In this document: one piece after another, positions 49,230 through 64,000 of the stretch
How positions within the stretch are numbered: position 1 is the first letter of the stretch
Layout: each line of letters begins with the position of its first letter
NCBI GenBank assembly: GCA_003971905.1
Contig: RSEE01000002.1
Location: forward strand, 62,001-126,000
Length of the DNA: 64,000 bases
Reading direction: 5' to 3'
Origin: Moniliella sp. 'wahieum'
Taxonomy: Eukaryota
Position numbers and translations under genes: made by a program
Notes under the pieces: model-generated
Seen by the model: only the letters and a program-made list of their open reading frames with translations
Databases searched by the model: none
Told to the model about the DNA's origin: nothing

Positions 49230-50689
49230 CCGCGAGCGCAGTTCTTCCTGTGCTCTCGCCTGCGAGTCACTAGCCACGGACACCGGCACCACGCATCGGA
49301 CATCACGTGACTGTCGTCTCGGCAGGCCAGCATCTCCATCTGGCGAGATGCAAAGCGGAATTCTGAGTGGGTGAGGCCGATCGATGATTCAGCAGTGCCA
49401 GTCCGACAACTGACCCGACTGGCCACCGAACGTACTGAACTGACTGGCAGGACTGACCCATAACTAGTAACTGGTGTCTAACAGCGGCTGTAGCGTCAAC
49501 CGTGAACCGAGGGGCGGCGGCCGCAAGCGTCGTCGATTGAGCCACATCTTCAGAACCCAAGCTTCAGAGTTTTTACGGATGGAGCATTAGGCCCGGGCGG
49601 CAGCTACTATCAGTGTCGGTCTAGCGCCACCAAGGTTAAGGAACCAGGTATACCACAAAAGTCGAAGACTACTACACCCCGCAGCAAATAATATGCGATT
49701 CGGGCTGGGTTTGATGGCATGCAGCTGCATGCACAGCGGATGCGTGGCCTTCCCGAAACTTTCTATTAGGTGGATGGGATCAACCTGCTAACAGACCGCC
49801 CATGGTGCTTCGATTCCCACTTTATGTTGGTTCTGTTGGAGACGGTGGAGGCTATCACTGCCAAAAGGTGGGCGCGCAGACCGTAAATTCAGATTTCGTC
49901 CGTCGGCAAAGTACCGTGTATCGTCATGATCAGGGGGAAGAACGGTTCTTGAGTGCGTCCGTGCAGTGTATGCGGTGTTTTCTTGTCATAATCTGCTTGC
50001 ACCCGCGGTCGATGTGCAGCTTCTTCTCCCGACGTTGCGAAGGCGTCGCGGTTTCCTTGTATATCACCTTCCGAAACGGAATCGTTGGCCTCCGTTCGGT
50101 CCACAGGTCCCTCTCTGAATGAGGTCTACTGCATCAGTCCTTCAGTACTGAGCCTCAGTACACACTTGATGTGCACTTACTGCGCGAGGAACGGCATAGG
50201 GGGGGGCACGGGGCCCCGAGCTGGAGAGAATGCGAAAGCTATTAGGTGAACGAAATCGTTATGTCCATGGCATGTGACATGTGTACACGAGGAAGTGCTA
50301 TCGGATGATATTATTAGTGCCTTCATCGCAGCCTCGCTTGCTTCTGTTGGGGGGGGGGGCTGGGGTTCCCTTGCACGACCCTCGGTGTATCGGTGACGCT
50401 CACTTAACCGGGCGGAAGAGTTCCGCTCGCAGGGCGCGCGCGCCCTGCTCGCTTCATCTCCCTCTCTCTCCTGTCTCCTTCCTTCCCTTCAGAAGTTACC
50501 TGAAGACTTATGGCCCACCACATTACCTTCACGCCTTGTCTGAAGACTGCTTTGCAGCTGAACCATTCTAGCAGCTTCGTCTCTGCTTCGCTCTGTCAAC
50601 ATCTATATGCCAGTCCGGTGGGGATTAGACAGGAGGTGGTTACCAAAACAGGGTCAGCCAACAGTCAGCATCCTCGATCAGTGGGGATC

Positions 50690-51241
50690 CTTTATCCCAC
50701 CTTCCATTCTCGTCCTTTCCCACCTTTCATGTCCAACTCCTGACGGTTTCCGGCCAGCTGATTGAGTAATGCAGGCAACCTCTCGTCTCCACTTAGCTGC
50801 CTCATCTTCATCATCCAACCTCGTCCTCCAGCTTTCCATCCGCCCAGTCACGCGAGCCTTCCTCAGCGTATCGCGTGGGTTCCTTTCACAGCTACGTCCA
50901 CAGCCGCCCCCGCCCAGCTTCAGCCCTGGCAGTCTTTGTCCTCCACAGCATCTACCCGTCCCTAAGCTCCGGAGGCTTCAGACACGTTGCTACCCCCAAT
51001 CCGGCGCATACACGGCCTTTCCGCGCGTGCGGCCGCCACGGCTTCACGCCCAAAGGCTTCTCCTCGGCTCGGATCCATCAAATAGCCCAAACCCGAAACT
51101 ACCGCAGTCGGCAGCCTTGTGGCCATGGCGAAGACGGCAGTGGCGGCACAACTCTCGGCGTGGATTGAAGGAACACTGTGCGCGAGTGTGGTCGTTGGTG
51201 CGGCAATGGGGGCACCGCCAGTGAGCACGGGTAGGGGGCAT
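50690..51241 (-). mobile_element. Degenerate retroelement-like relic with CCHC zinc knuckles
   Basis: CPHCRTNDHTRAQC (CX2CX4HX4C, 51173-51214) and CRHCRLRHGHKAADC, followed by stop-riddled sequence with a diverged homolog at 32390-32830. Confidence 0.55.
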
Positions 51242-52696
51242 TTTAAGGGGGTGGAGGGACGCGTCGACGCGACTTGGGTGTCATTTAGGTGTGATATGCC
51301 CGATTATTAGCCAGCTGGCGCAGCAAGCCTCCCCCCCGTCACGTGCAGGCAAGGGAGCAGTAGGGTTGTTGGCGGATTTTGATGGGTACTCGTATATGGA
51401 ACTAAAAGGATGTGACAGGTCTCAGCCTCCCAGGACCTCAGGGTGAGGCACAGCCCTCAGCGCCTCAGCGCCTCAGCGCCTCAGCCCTCAGCCCATGCTG
51501 CGCTCACGCGCTCACCCATAGAGGGCCTCCACTCTCTCAAAACGTCCAATATCCCACGTCCAAAACGTGCTCTATCTTGATAACGGAGTCGTGGTTATCA
51601 GTACCCAGGACACGTCACGCGTCAGATAGGTCCGGACGCATATTTAGCGACAGGTCGGAGTAACATGTGACAGGGGTGACTTTGGGCAGCAACCATCTCC
51701 GAAGCACGGTGCTGCTGCTACGCTGTTGTGGAAACATACAAACTAAACATACTTAAGGGGGACAGCTCAGGGATGCGGGCCCCAGTGCCAGCCACTCCCT
51801 CCTCTTTATCTGGCTTGAGGGATAGGGGGAAGAGGTCGCAGGCCACAGAAGGGCTTTAGACGGGGTCTTCCCCCCTGAGGGCGTGGGGCCGGGCCCTGAG
51901 GTGCCTGAAGTGAGGAGCTAGTGAGGGGAGGGCGGACGACAAACGACACTGGGCGTTGAACTGAAGATTATAAATGCGAAACGCGTTCTTGTAGCATCAA
52001 AATGGCCGAACCGACGTCGTGAGCGCGTGAGCACCGAAGATCCGAGTTGAGCTTCAATGCTGATACTGGTCTGGTGCCGAGGGGAGCACCGTGTCCTGTG
52101 GAGTTGCAAGTCACAGGGACGCGTGAGAGCCATATAGTGGGTGCTGCGCTGGAGACCGTGGCGGAGACAATAGATGTTGAACGTTCAAGTTGAACGTTGA
52201 ACCTGACGAGTTAATCGTTAATCGTTCAACGTTCAACGCTTTGAACAGGGGCGCTGTGGGGCGCTGTGGGCAACAAGTAGCTCGGGCTAGGGGTTCCCGG
52301 TTATGTCCTACGATACGACGTGTGACATGTGACAGTCGCATGTGACACTCGGGGCAACCCGTGGCCGGGAACCTCACGCCCTGAGGGCCTGCATGGCTGA
52401 GCGCCGAGCGCGCTCAGACTGAGCTGAGGCCGTTGCCCGGGGTTTATCATCGATCTATCATCGCTTTTCATACTCTCGCATGTGGGAGACGAGCAGCGTG
52501 GAGAGGTTGACGTGTGACGTGTGTGACGCATGACGTGTGAAGCGTGACGAGGAGACGGGTGACAGGTGATATATGATACGGGCCAAGGCGGCACTGCAGC
52601 GCACGGCGCTCTGCCGGGGCAGAAGTGCGCCTGACACTGGCGCCCTGCCGCCCATGCTCTGGCTCTCCTCTGGCGCGCGGCCGCCGCTCAGGCTGA

Positions 52697-55164
<2,468 letters not shown>

Positions 55165-57083
55165 CCCACCGGTCCGCCCTAGTCCTTTCTCCTCGTTGCC
55201 TCGCTTTATCATCTCCTCGCCTGTCCACATTCGTCCATTCCCAGACTCCGACCCCAACACGGCCTCAGTCCCCCCTGCCCCCCCCGCTGCTCTGCTTTCT
55301 CTTTTGCTGTTCATTCCCTCCCTTTACCTCACCCCCCCCTTTACCACCCACTTCTCCCTTCATTCCTTTCATGCTCTCACTATACCCCCCTCCCCCCCCC
55401 CCTCTCCCTCCCCGCCCTTCATGGGAAGGGTCCCCTCGCTTGCAGGACTTGTGTGCCGTCCCCTTCACATATGTCCCTCTTGGTGGTTCCCCCCCGTCTC
55501 GTAGGCTTCCTCCAATCCTCATCTTACCTCTTGGGCCGTGTGGTTGTGACCACCCTCTCCGGTTGACTGTGGGTCGGGTCTACTGCGACGTTGTACAGGG
55601 ACACGAGACGCAGCAAGGACACTGGTGTATCGAATATGAATAACACCATTAATTAATCACCTACTGTGCATCCCATGTCACGCGACACGCGTCACGCATT
55701 ACGCCTTTCCATGAGCAGCCCCATCATCAACACTACCGCCTACACTGACGCTGCGCTTCGCTGTGGACAGGCGGAACGAGCCCGGCGGGAGGGAGGGTTA
55801 CATACCTTTAAGTCCTTCGCATACCACAAGTCGATGGCACCGCATATGTACCCTTCATTGCCTGTGCCGGCACCGCTGTTGGGCGCTGCCGCCCGGGCCG
55901 CCCCGCTCTCCGCTTCGCCCCTTCGATTGAATATTGACAGGATACTAGTCCTGGTCCGTAATAGACTCTTCAAAAGCTCAAGAGTATAATGATGATGAAT
56001 GATGATGATATGCATGGCGAAGTATAGCGACCACAGCCTCATGCAACCGCAGTCTGGACGGATCAGATCGAGGACTGCGTTGCTGAAATCAGCGTCGGAA
56101 TGACTGATGAGAGCGTGCTCAGCGACGCGGCAAAGGTCTTGGCAAACAGCCATTATGTGGATGATGTCCGCTTTCTAGAAGGTGGATGTCAGGAGGTTGT
56201 CGCTTCGCTGACATGTGAGACTGGCTCCACGAGTCCTCGCTGCAACACCCGTCCGAGGAGAGCAAGATACAAACAAGTACACACCCATTTATTCGTTACG
56301 TGGGACAGCGTAGTCAGATCTCAGAGCACAGAGCAGGTGCACACACAGAGTGATCTCGTCCCGGGGAAGGCATGGGGCGAGTGTAAGCCGAGGTGATCGA
56401 TAGCCAGGGTTTTACTCCGCACTATAACATGGATGCCTCACATGCTCACGTTTACTCTGTCGCCCTTTCCTTCCTGCTTCCTTTCCTTCGCCACCATCCG
56501 ACCCAAGCGCCTTCCTAAGCACTGCAGATGGCTTCTACTGAGGGTCTGCAGTCTCAAGGGAGCGTCGACGGCCCTGGGACCAGCTCTACCAGCGCCCCCA
56601 ACACCCACCTCAATCACTACCATTACCTCACCAGCAACCTCGCGCTACTCCAAAGGGGTTCTAGTTGGCACGCCGGCTGTTCGCTCGGGCAGCTCAAGGA
56701 GCTCAATGCAATTCACGGAGAACGATGGAGGATGTTCAGCCTTTCTACCCAAGACGAAGACCAGGCCTTCCCCACCCCGTCTCGACCGCGGCCTTGCGCC
56801 GATGGAAGTCCACGGCACTGCTTGACGAAGAACGGATCAGTCGATACCCATTCCCAAGCAATCACGTACCCCCATTGAGCATGCTACCTGCTTTGGTATG
56901 CGACATGACCGCCTTTATCTTCGACCCACTTCAGCGTGAGAATGTGGCGGTACTGTTTGACCCCAAAGCAACGGGTAGGGCAGAGATGATGGCTCTTGCA
57001 TATCTTCTCACGCGGCCCGACCTTTCAGCTGAGATTGGATCGCTCAACTTCCCACCCTTTCCTCCACTTCAGGGGAGGAAGCG

Positions 57084-59514
57084 ATGTCACTGGAACCAAT
57101 TGGCTCGTCGGGTGTTGAATGTAAGGAGGACGCGCCCCCGCTCCGTAACACATCCACTTGTTTTAAAGAGGAGACATCCCTTCCCCGTGCTAAACACCGC
57201 GGGCGCTCCACCTCCAGTCCAAACATAACAACGACTTGCCATCCTCCGCCTTCCAGCAACTCCACCCACCAGCAGTACACTCAGACGACCATTGCTCCTT
57301 CCCATCGGCGGTCGTCCCTGGCAAGCGCACACCCACCCTCAGCATTTGCAAGGTTCTCGCTCCAAAATGGAACAGGCCGACACCACGCCAACAGCTCCGC
57401 TCCTTGCTTGTCCTTCAATGAACTCGATACAGCCACTGTACCCACATCGGTGTCTTCCGGCCCGCAGTCGAACACCCCGGACGTTGACGCCCAAGCCCAT
57501 CTACAGCAAGTGCTTGACTTCTATACCGAGCAGACTCGGCTTCCCCTTCCAGGGCCAGGATCAGTTCGGCATCACCGTTTGTCTTCCCTAACCACCAAAC
57601 GAGCACGAGATTGGGCCCGGGCCTCTAGTCGAGCTCTGGAATTTGCTTACCCATCAGGGATGCCTTGGCCCACTTGGAGCAAATTCAAGTTTCCTCGTTC
57701 TGAAGCTTGGCCCATGCCCTTCTCCCGCTCCAAGAGTACTGATCTGGAACGAGAGAGAGTCACATCCAACCTCTCCGATCTGGATCACGGTGATCGCTGC
57801 CTTCACTTTTGGAGTAGGCCTTTGACCTCCCGCAGCATTGGTTCTCCTACACCCGGCACGCCCCCCACCACTTCTCCCGGGGAAGACGCGCCCATCTACA
57901 ACGCTCGCCACCATTCGATCAACGCTGACGAGTGGTGGGAGCAGGCTGGGATGGAACCCGTGTCAAACGAAGAAGAAGTCATGTGGGAGGGAGTTGATTC
58001 GAGCCGGCATGAGCAAACGAACCAAGAGGGGTCGACTGGCACTGCGTTTGACAATTTCCGACTCCCCGTGCGCTGGGACCCTCATCCTTTTATCCCGCCC
58101 CCTCAAAGGCGTTCCTTGGGCGAAGCAAGCCTAGAGGCTTACTCCATGGTTTCAGCTCACACAACTCGTACCATGACGGGTGCCGGATTAAGGGACCAAG
58201 CGATGGATAGAAACGAAGCGATGCAGGAGGAAGCTGATAACCCCCTATTTCGCTCTTTCTCTGTCCCGGCCGCCCAAAGCCATTCGCAGCAACGGTCATC
58301 TGTCAGCTGGGGATCGACCAACGATCCCAACGATCCCCACTATAATGATTTCTGTGATGGCCCTTCCACTAGTGCCGCAAGCAAGGCTGGGGAGAAGTAT
58401 GGGGAGTTGTCTCCCTCCCGCCTTCGTTGGCTGAGGTATTGGTCGAGGGTACTCGGCGGAACCGACCCACGTATGGGAGTTCGATCGGTTCCCGTCGTAC
58501 CCAAGAGGAAAGTGCATCTGACCCGCATCACACTCGAGTGGAAAGCCCCAAGCTCCGAGTTCGAACCCCAAATCGAAGGGAGCTACCCTCTTGATAGAAC
58601 AGGGTCGCCTGGCACCTTTCTTTGGCTTAAAGAGGAAAGTAAGAGTAAGGCCCAGAACATTTTGTCTTCAGGATCGCTGGGCGTTGCAAAGGTCAAGGTT
58701 AACCGGGTGAAGGAGGAGCTCCATCAGCGCATCAACTTCAACTTCAGTCCTCGAGCCAATATGGATTGTTCCAGGGCACGCCTGAGTATGCGGTCATCGG
58801 TTACCAGTGGGGACATCAATCGTCCAAAACCGAAGCCCTCTGTTGCGGGCGCGTTGATGGTGGCTACAACGCCTGCTTCTCTGGCGGGTGCATCGGCAGC
58901 GGCAACCCTTGCTGCAGCATCGGCCAATGTCACGGCAGAACTGGAACTACTACGATGTCACGTCCGCACCTCCCCACTGTGCAATTGGGTCGTTACGACG
59001 ATTCCGTCTCAGGGATGCTAGAGAGATGGAGCGAAGTGCCCGTCAACGGTACCAAATCTGGGGGGATTTTTTCCCGGGGGATGCATCCTATGATTTGGAG
59101 CTCCGCATGCCCCGTATGTTGGACGATTTATTGGTGGCCGAGGCCGAGGGAGGGGCAGAGGCCCCAGACGACGGTTCAGCCTCGCACACTGAAATCCCAC
59201 CACAAGAAACTTTGGCAGGATTGCGCTCCAAGATGGCATCGAAAAACACCATGGGAATCAATGTTGATGCCGAGGCCGAGACTACTCGGCAGTTTCATTG
59301 GTCTACAACGGCAGACGGGAAGGGAGAGATGACTATCAATTGGTGCACTGAAGTGACATTCCCAAATCAGAAGTCCGAGGTGCTCACCTCATCTGAAGGA
59401 ACTGTCTCATCTCCTTACCCCCTCCTTCGTGGTGAGGCAGGAAATTACCAGTGGCCTTCCCCACTTCGAGTTGGATTCGGAAAGGGAAGTGTGCATCAAA
59501 CTAACCCTTCCTAG
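57084..59514 (+). CDS. hypothetical Ser/Pro-rich protein
   Basis: 645-aa ORF plus an overlapping 208-aa ORF (probable frameshift or intron near 58.95 kb). No recognised domain; start may lie upstream (~56528). Confidence 0.5.
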
Positions 59515-60119
59515 AAGCGAAAGGAACATCCCCCACCTGCCCCCCCCGTCATTACCCCCCGTACAGGAGGCATGGGCTTGGATCATACCCTGCTTTGAAG
59601 AAGCATACCCTATCACAACGGCACAGAAGGTTACGACACTTCGCTTGTCTCCCGACGACATTGATTCCCCAGGGAGGCCGCTGCCGTCTGATTTGCTCGC
59701 TGTCGAGGTGCAATGGTCTGCTGCCTCTTCGGATGTACCGATCAACCTGGACGAAGTGCCCATGCTTTGATCCACCCCTGATGATGGCGCTTTGACGCGT
59801 TTTTGACGACACATTGAAACGACATCGTACACGAATAGACATTTACGACTCAAAGAGAAACGCTTTTCAGCAACGCCCCCCCCTCCTCATTCTCTGACTT
59901 TTGGACATTGACCCCGGGAACGACACTGGGCGCATTTCCTCCAACTAAAAACGGATAGTACACTACAATGGACCTGTCTTTTGGATACTTTTTGCATTCC
60001 TTATTCAATGTGTGTACGCTAATAACAGTACAGCATGAGCAGAAAAGAGCATAATTATGCACGTATAATAACGTATAGGAACAGTTGAGGGCTGAGCGCT
60101 GATCACAAAAGAAAGCTGT

Positions 60120-60974
60120 CTACGCATGGACCGGATTGCTTGGCCTCTGTTGGCTACAGCCTGTTACCACATTTTGGCGGTACCAAGCCAACTCTGGCGT
60201 TCTAGTCAGTACTTGTAGTTAGATCCGTACAGATGAGTAGAACATACGATTAATCGAATCCTGAATGTCGGGCAGGGCGCGGTGGATACCTCTTTTGGAG
60301 CGGGTCTGGTCGAAAGCTTCGAGCTCGGAAGGGTACCAGCGCCGAGTTAACTCATAGACCGAAGATACGTCAACGATGCGATAGTGCAAATAGTCAACCA
60401 CCTGTGTGCGTTCCTCGTAAATTAGTACTGAGCTGGCGAAAAAATGGGCACAAAGACACACTGAAGGAAAAGACCATCATGAAGAACTTGTCCATGTGAA
60501 CGGAATTGCCGGCGAGGGGGGCGGTGCGAGCTTCCTCAATCCGCTCTTGTATGTACTGAAGAATGTAACGCTGTGCTTGATCCAGAGTTACTGAGCGTGT
60601 AGGATCGAGACATGCACTGATCAAGCCCGACTCGCCATGGGTGGTTTGGCACCACGAGTCCATGGCGTCTAGCTGGGCCTTGTCGGTGAGGATAGTGTAG
60701 GTAACTCCACCTCCATGGGCTTGAGGTTTCCATCGGTTATGATGACGGCGATCTCGATAATTGTATCGTTAAATACGTCAAGTCCTGTCATCCTGGCCAT
60801 GCGCAGTTTAGTGGCGGCGTCTGGGTCGTTGGGACGGAAGGGGGTCAAAGAGAGACACTCGCAGTCGATCCATACCAACGGCGAGTCACTGCTTTGGAGG
60901 GCGGGGCGGGTTGGGGGAGGGGGGCTCTGAGTCGTGTGGGCCTCTGCCGCGGAGGATGGTCCGGGTGCTCCCAT
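60120..60974 (-). CDS. REX2: Oligoribonuclease (DEDDh exonuclease)
   Basis: PLVWIDCE|MTGLD..DTIIEIAVIITDGNL, MDSWCQTTHGESGL, PLAGNSVHMDK, YLHYRIVDVSSVYELTRRWYP, HRALPDIQDSI. Three introns. Confidence 0.92.
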
Positions 60975-61612
60975 CTGTCCCGTGATTAATGATTCGCGAT
61001 CGAGTGGAAACGGTGGTGGAGGGTGCCAACTCGAGGACGGGCAATGGCAGCTGTGAGTCTGGGCCGACCAAAATCCATCATGCCTCTCAACGTTCCACAG
61101 TGAACTATTTTTACTAAGTAGATTTCCCCTGTCTCAGTTGATGTGATGCGTGATGACTCGATGACGAGTAATTTTAGGTGTTGGGTTTGCCAACGACGTC
61201 AAAAATACTGCAAAGTGACAAAACACATAACCCATGGCATGTGACAAAGCGATCACCGACACATGATCGATGATCATCGATCGGGGTTGGACATCTTGTC
61301 TGCGTCTGCTAGCCTGTGCGGGTGGCGCGTGTGTGTGATGCGTGATGCGTGACGGAACATGAATTCCGCTGCCTGGAGGATAGTTTCATGTTTCAAACTG
61401 CGGCGTTGCCTGAGACCATTCCGCCCAGCGGAATAGCTCAATCCGTTTACCACGCGAGGACACGACGAGCAACCATCACCACCTCCTTTCTCGCGTGTGC
61501 TACTACACCCGCCTCCCTGACGGCGCGAGGGCAGCGCTTGACCCCCTGACTGTACCCCCCGCACACACATTAGGTGCTGGTGTTGGAAGATCCATTGGTG
61601 CTGTGGCCCAGG

Positions 61613-62176
61613 ATGTTTTTTCTCAAGGACCTGACCCACACCATCAACCTTCATCCCTCCTTCTTTGGCCCCGCTATGGTCAAGTTCCTCGAGGCCAAGC
61701 TCAGGGATGACGTTGAGGGGACGTGCACAGGGCGATACGGATACATTATTTCTGTTATCCGTGTCACGTCTATCGGCGACGGCACCGTCCTGCCCGGTTC
61801 GGGCCTGGCGGAGTTCAAGTCGACATACAGTGCCATCGTCATGAAGCCTTTCAAAGGCGAGGTCGTCGATGCCATGGTCACGTCAGTTAACAAAATGGGA
61901 TTTTTTGCCTCGGTTGGCCCGATGACTATCTTTGTCTCCACCCATCTTCTTCCGGTGGAGTACAAGTTCATGCAAAACTCGAACCCTCCCGAATTTGCTT
62001 CGACCGAGGCTTCCATCAGCCCTGGCTCTAAGGTTCGCCTGCGTATTCTCGGTCTTCGGGCCGAGGCGAGCGAAATTTACGTGATGAATCCTGCTTGAAA
62101 TGCTCTTCTCACAACTTCCTGGTGCCAGTTTGCCATTGGAACGATGAAAGAGGACTTTTTGGGACCAACCGAGTAA
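61613..62176 (+). CDS. RPB7: RNA polymerase II subunit 7
   Basis: MFFLKDLTHTINLHPSFFGP..DVEGTCTGRYGYII..KPFKGEVVD..VNKMGFF; last exon FAIGTMKEDFLGP after an intron at ~62078-62128. Confidence 0.95.
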
Positions 62177-62959
62177 GGACGAGAACATGGACCACTTTGT
62201 GGCAATCAGGGGGGGTCGAGACTCTACGTCCCAAAAAGTGAGCCGGGAGGGCTGGCTCTGCCACCTCGATTGGTTGTCGCTTGCATACCACGTCCCCCTC
62301 GCTGCCGTGTTCCATGCCTCTGCGTCCCTTGCTCCCTATCGTACGTTACCGCATACCGCTCTCATTCGTATTTTTATAGCGTTCTCTAAATAACACACAT
62401 ACGTAGAACATACATTTAGTAGGGAGGGTCTTGAATAGGAAAGAGCGAGACGCCGAATCCCTGTAAACACCAAATTTGCAAGGATGCAAGAGACTCCACT
62501 AGGGGATAATGAGAACAAGCGAACAGCAAAGAGAAGTCAATAATTATCACTCCCGGTCGCATATTGAACCTACACTTGCGAGGTAGGCAATAATCAACGC
62601 CCCAGTCCCAAAAACACGCAGATCACCTACTCCCTCTCATCAGCAACGCCTATGAAGCAACGCTTATGACAGATCCGAGTCATTTTGGGGATCTGGGGCG
62701 GTAGAACAGGCCACAGAAGAGATGAGCTGCGAAGGATGAAATCCTTTTCTGCCCCATATGCTACGGGTCATAGAGCTATATCACAATATTAGTGTAGAAC
62801 AGTGCTCCCGGTAATGAGGCTCCCTCAGACGACTGACGTCTGTCTTGTGATACTTAGCCAGGCCATCCAACTCTCAAAGTGCAAACGGCCACCTTGCCGG
62901 TAAGTCGCACCGCCATAAGGAAAGAATCTCATCACGCAGGTAATGTGGCCAGTCAATCA

Positions 62960-64000
62960 GTATCAGAGTACTCACTACTGACCCAGTGGAAACCACTTGC
63001 TGAGCGCGGCAAAAAGAGGTGCCCTCTGCTCTTTGAGGCCACGTTAGGGGAGATGGCAACCGGCTTCAGGGTATTGCTGAACAAATTGGCCACCCCTACT
63101 TTGCGGGGATCCTCTCCGCCGGGTAGCGCGCAGGATTGGTGCTACCCAAAACGGAACTTCGGCGTAACCCCCGGGCCCGGTTTTTGCGCCACGTATGGTA
63201 TCAGCATGACAGCCAACTGGCACCAGGAAACCCGGAAGATTGCAACGCGTTGGTGGCAAAGACGAAGCATGGAAAAAAGTGAGAAGATACGCAGGTTGGG
63301 ATGTGCTCAGCCAAGGTCTGTCGTCCACAGAATGTAACCGTCAGTCATTGCTTCCAGAAATGTGGCACAGGTTTCGGGCAAGGGAAACGGACTTGGGTGA
63401 AGGCATCAATGACGGCAGAGTCGCGTGCACCGCGAGAAGAAGCACCCCAGATGCCCTTATACACGCCCCTGCACTGGTAGCCTTCGAAAGGTCCAAGTCA
63501 TTTGGGTCGAGCAGCTTGGTTCCGCCTTGCCAGGGGGCAGTGATGCTCGTGATACTGCGCTGGACCAAACCACGTTGGGACAAGAGATAGGCAAAACCGA
63601 ACCGGCTTAAATCCTGGACGCAAAACGCGCGATCTAAGCCTGTTGAGGTGGTCAAGTCAAGGGCTTTGAGAGGTGGGCCCCCTGGGTGAGTACGACATGA
63701 TCCACTCCTTGACCCTTTGTTTCAGAGGCGATCTTGTCCACCACAGCCTCTACCTCCTTGGGCTCTGCCAAGTCAGCCAAGATATACGCTGCCGCCCATT
63801 GCCTTTCCCTCCAGAGATGCTTGCTTGAGCTTTTCAATAACTTGGGATGCGCTTCCTGCGACTCCCGACAACGAGAACGCTTGCTCCGGCTTGGGCAAAG
63901 CGCAAAGCAAACCGGCACCAATACCGCGTGTGCCGCCGGCAACGAGAACCTTCTGCCATCAAGGTCAACGGGGTGGTTGACGTTGGCAAGTTTGTTTAGG
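62960..64000 (-). CDS. Short-chain dehydrogenase/reductase; 5' end beyond window
   Basis: KVLVAGGTRGIGAG Rossmann motif at ~63910-63952, YILADL, VDHVVLTQG, TTSTGLDRAFCVQDLSRF. 3' end approximate. Confidence 0.7.

Noticed and set aside
61090..61200. Possible snoRNA/snRNA (TGATGA, AATTTTAGG)
   Set aside because: No convincing box D or terminal stem; the motif fits the local heptamer-type repeats.

Overview
GC-rich, intron-containing fungal DNA, most consistent with a basidiomycete (possibly Ustilaginomycotina; inference). Almost every conserved gene carries 1-bp indel frameshifts, which suggests an unpolished long-read assembly rather than mass pseudogenisation, so CDS coordinates are approximate gene spans. 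Recognisable genes: PUF3-like Pumilio protein, RPT3, TRS20, CDC123, a Cep57/PPC89-like protein, two inverted secreted GH1 glycosidase paralogs, peflin, NADP-isocitrate dehydrogenase, KRE6/SKN1, an expansin/RlpA-like secreted protein, fused tryptophan synthase, mitochondrial Asn-tRNA ligase, an SRPK kinase, oligoribonuclease, RPB7 and an SDR. The most notable feature is a young non-autonomous LTR retroelement (TRIM-like, 1.4-1.5 kb) in two near-identical copies, each with a 5-bp TSD. It has two tandem polypurine-tract/TG sites. One copy starts at the upstream site (LTR ~370 bp) and the other at the downstream site (LTR 240 bp). One copy interrupts the isocitrate dehydrogenase coding sequence; the other has its empty site preserved in the paralogous GH1 arm. 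Also seen: an inverted segmental duplication with gene-conversion mosaicism, degenerate zinc-knuckle relics, and many intergenic 7-bp-period repeats built from different 6-bp palindromes.
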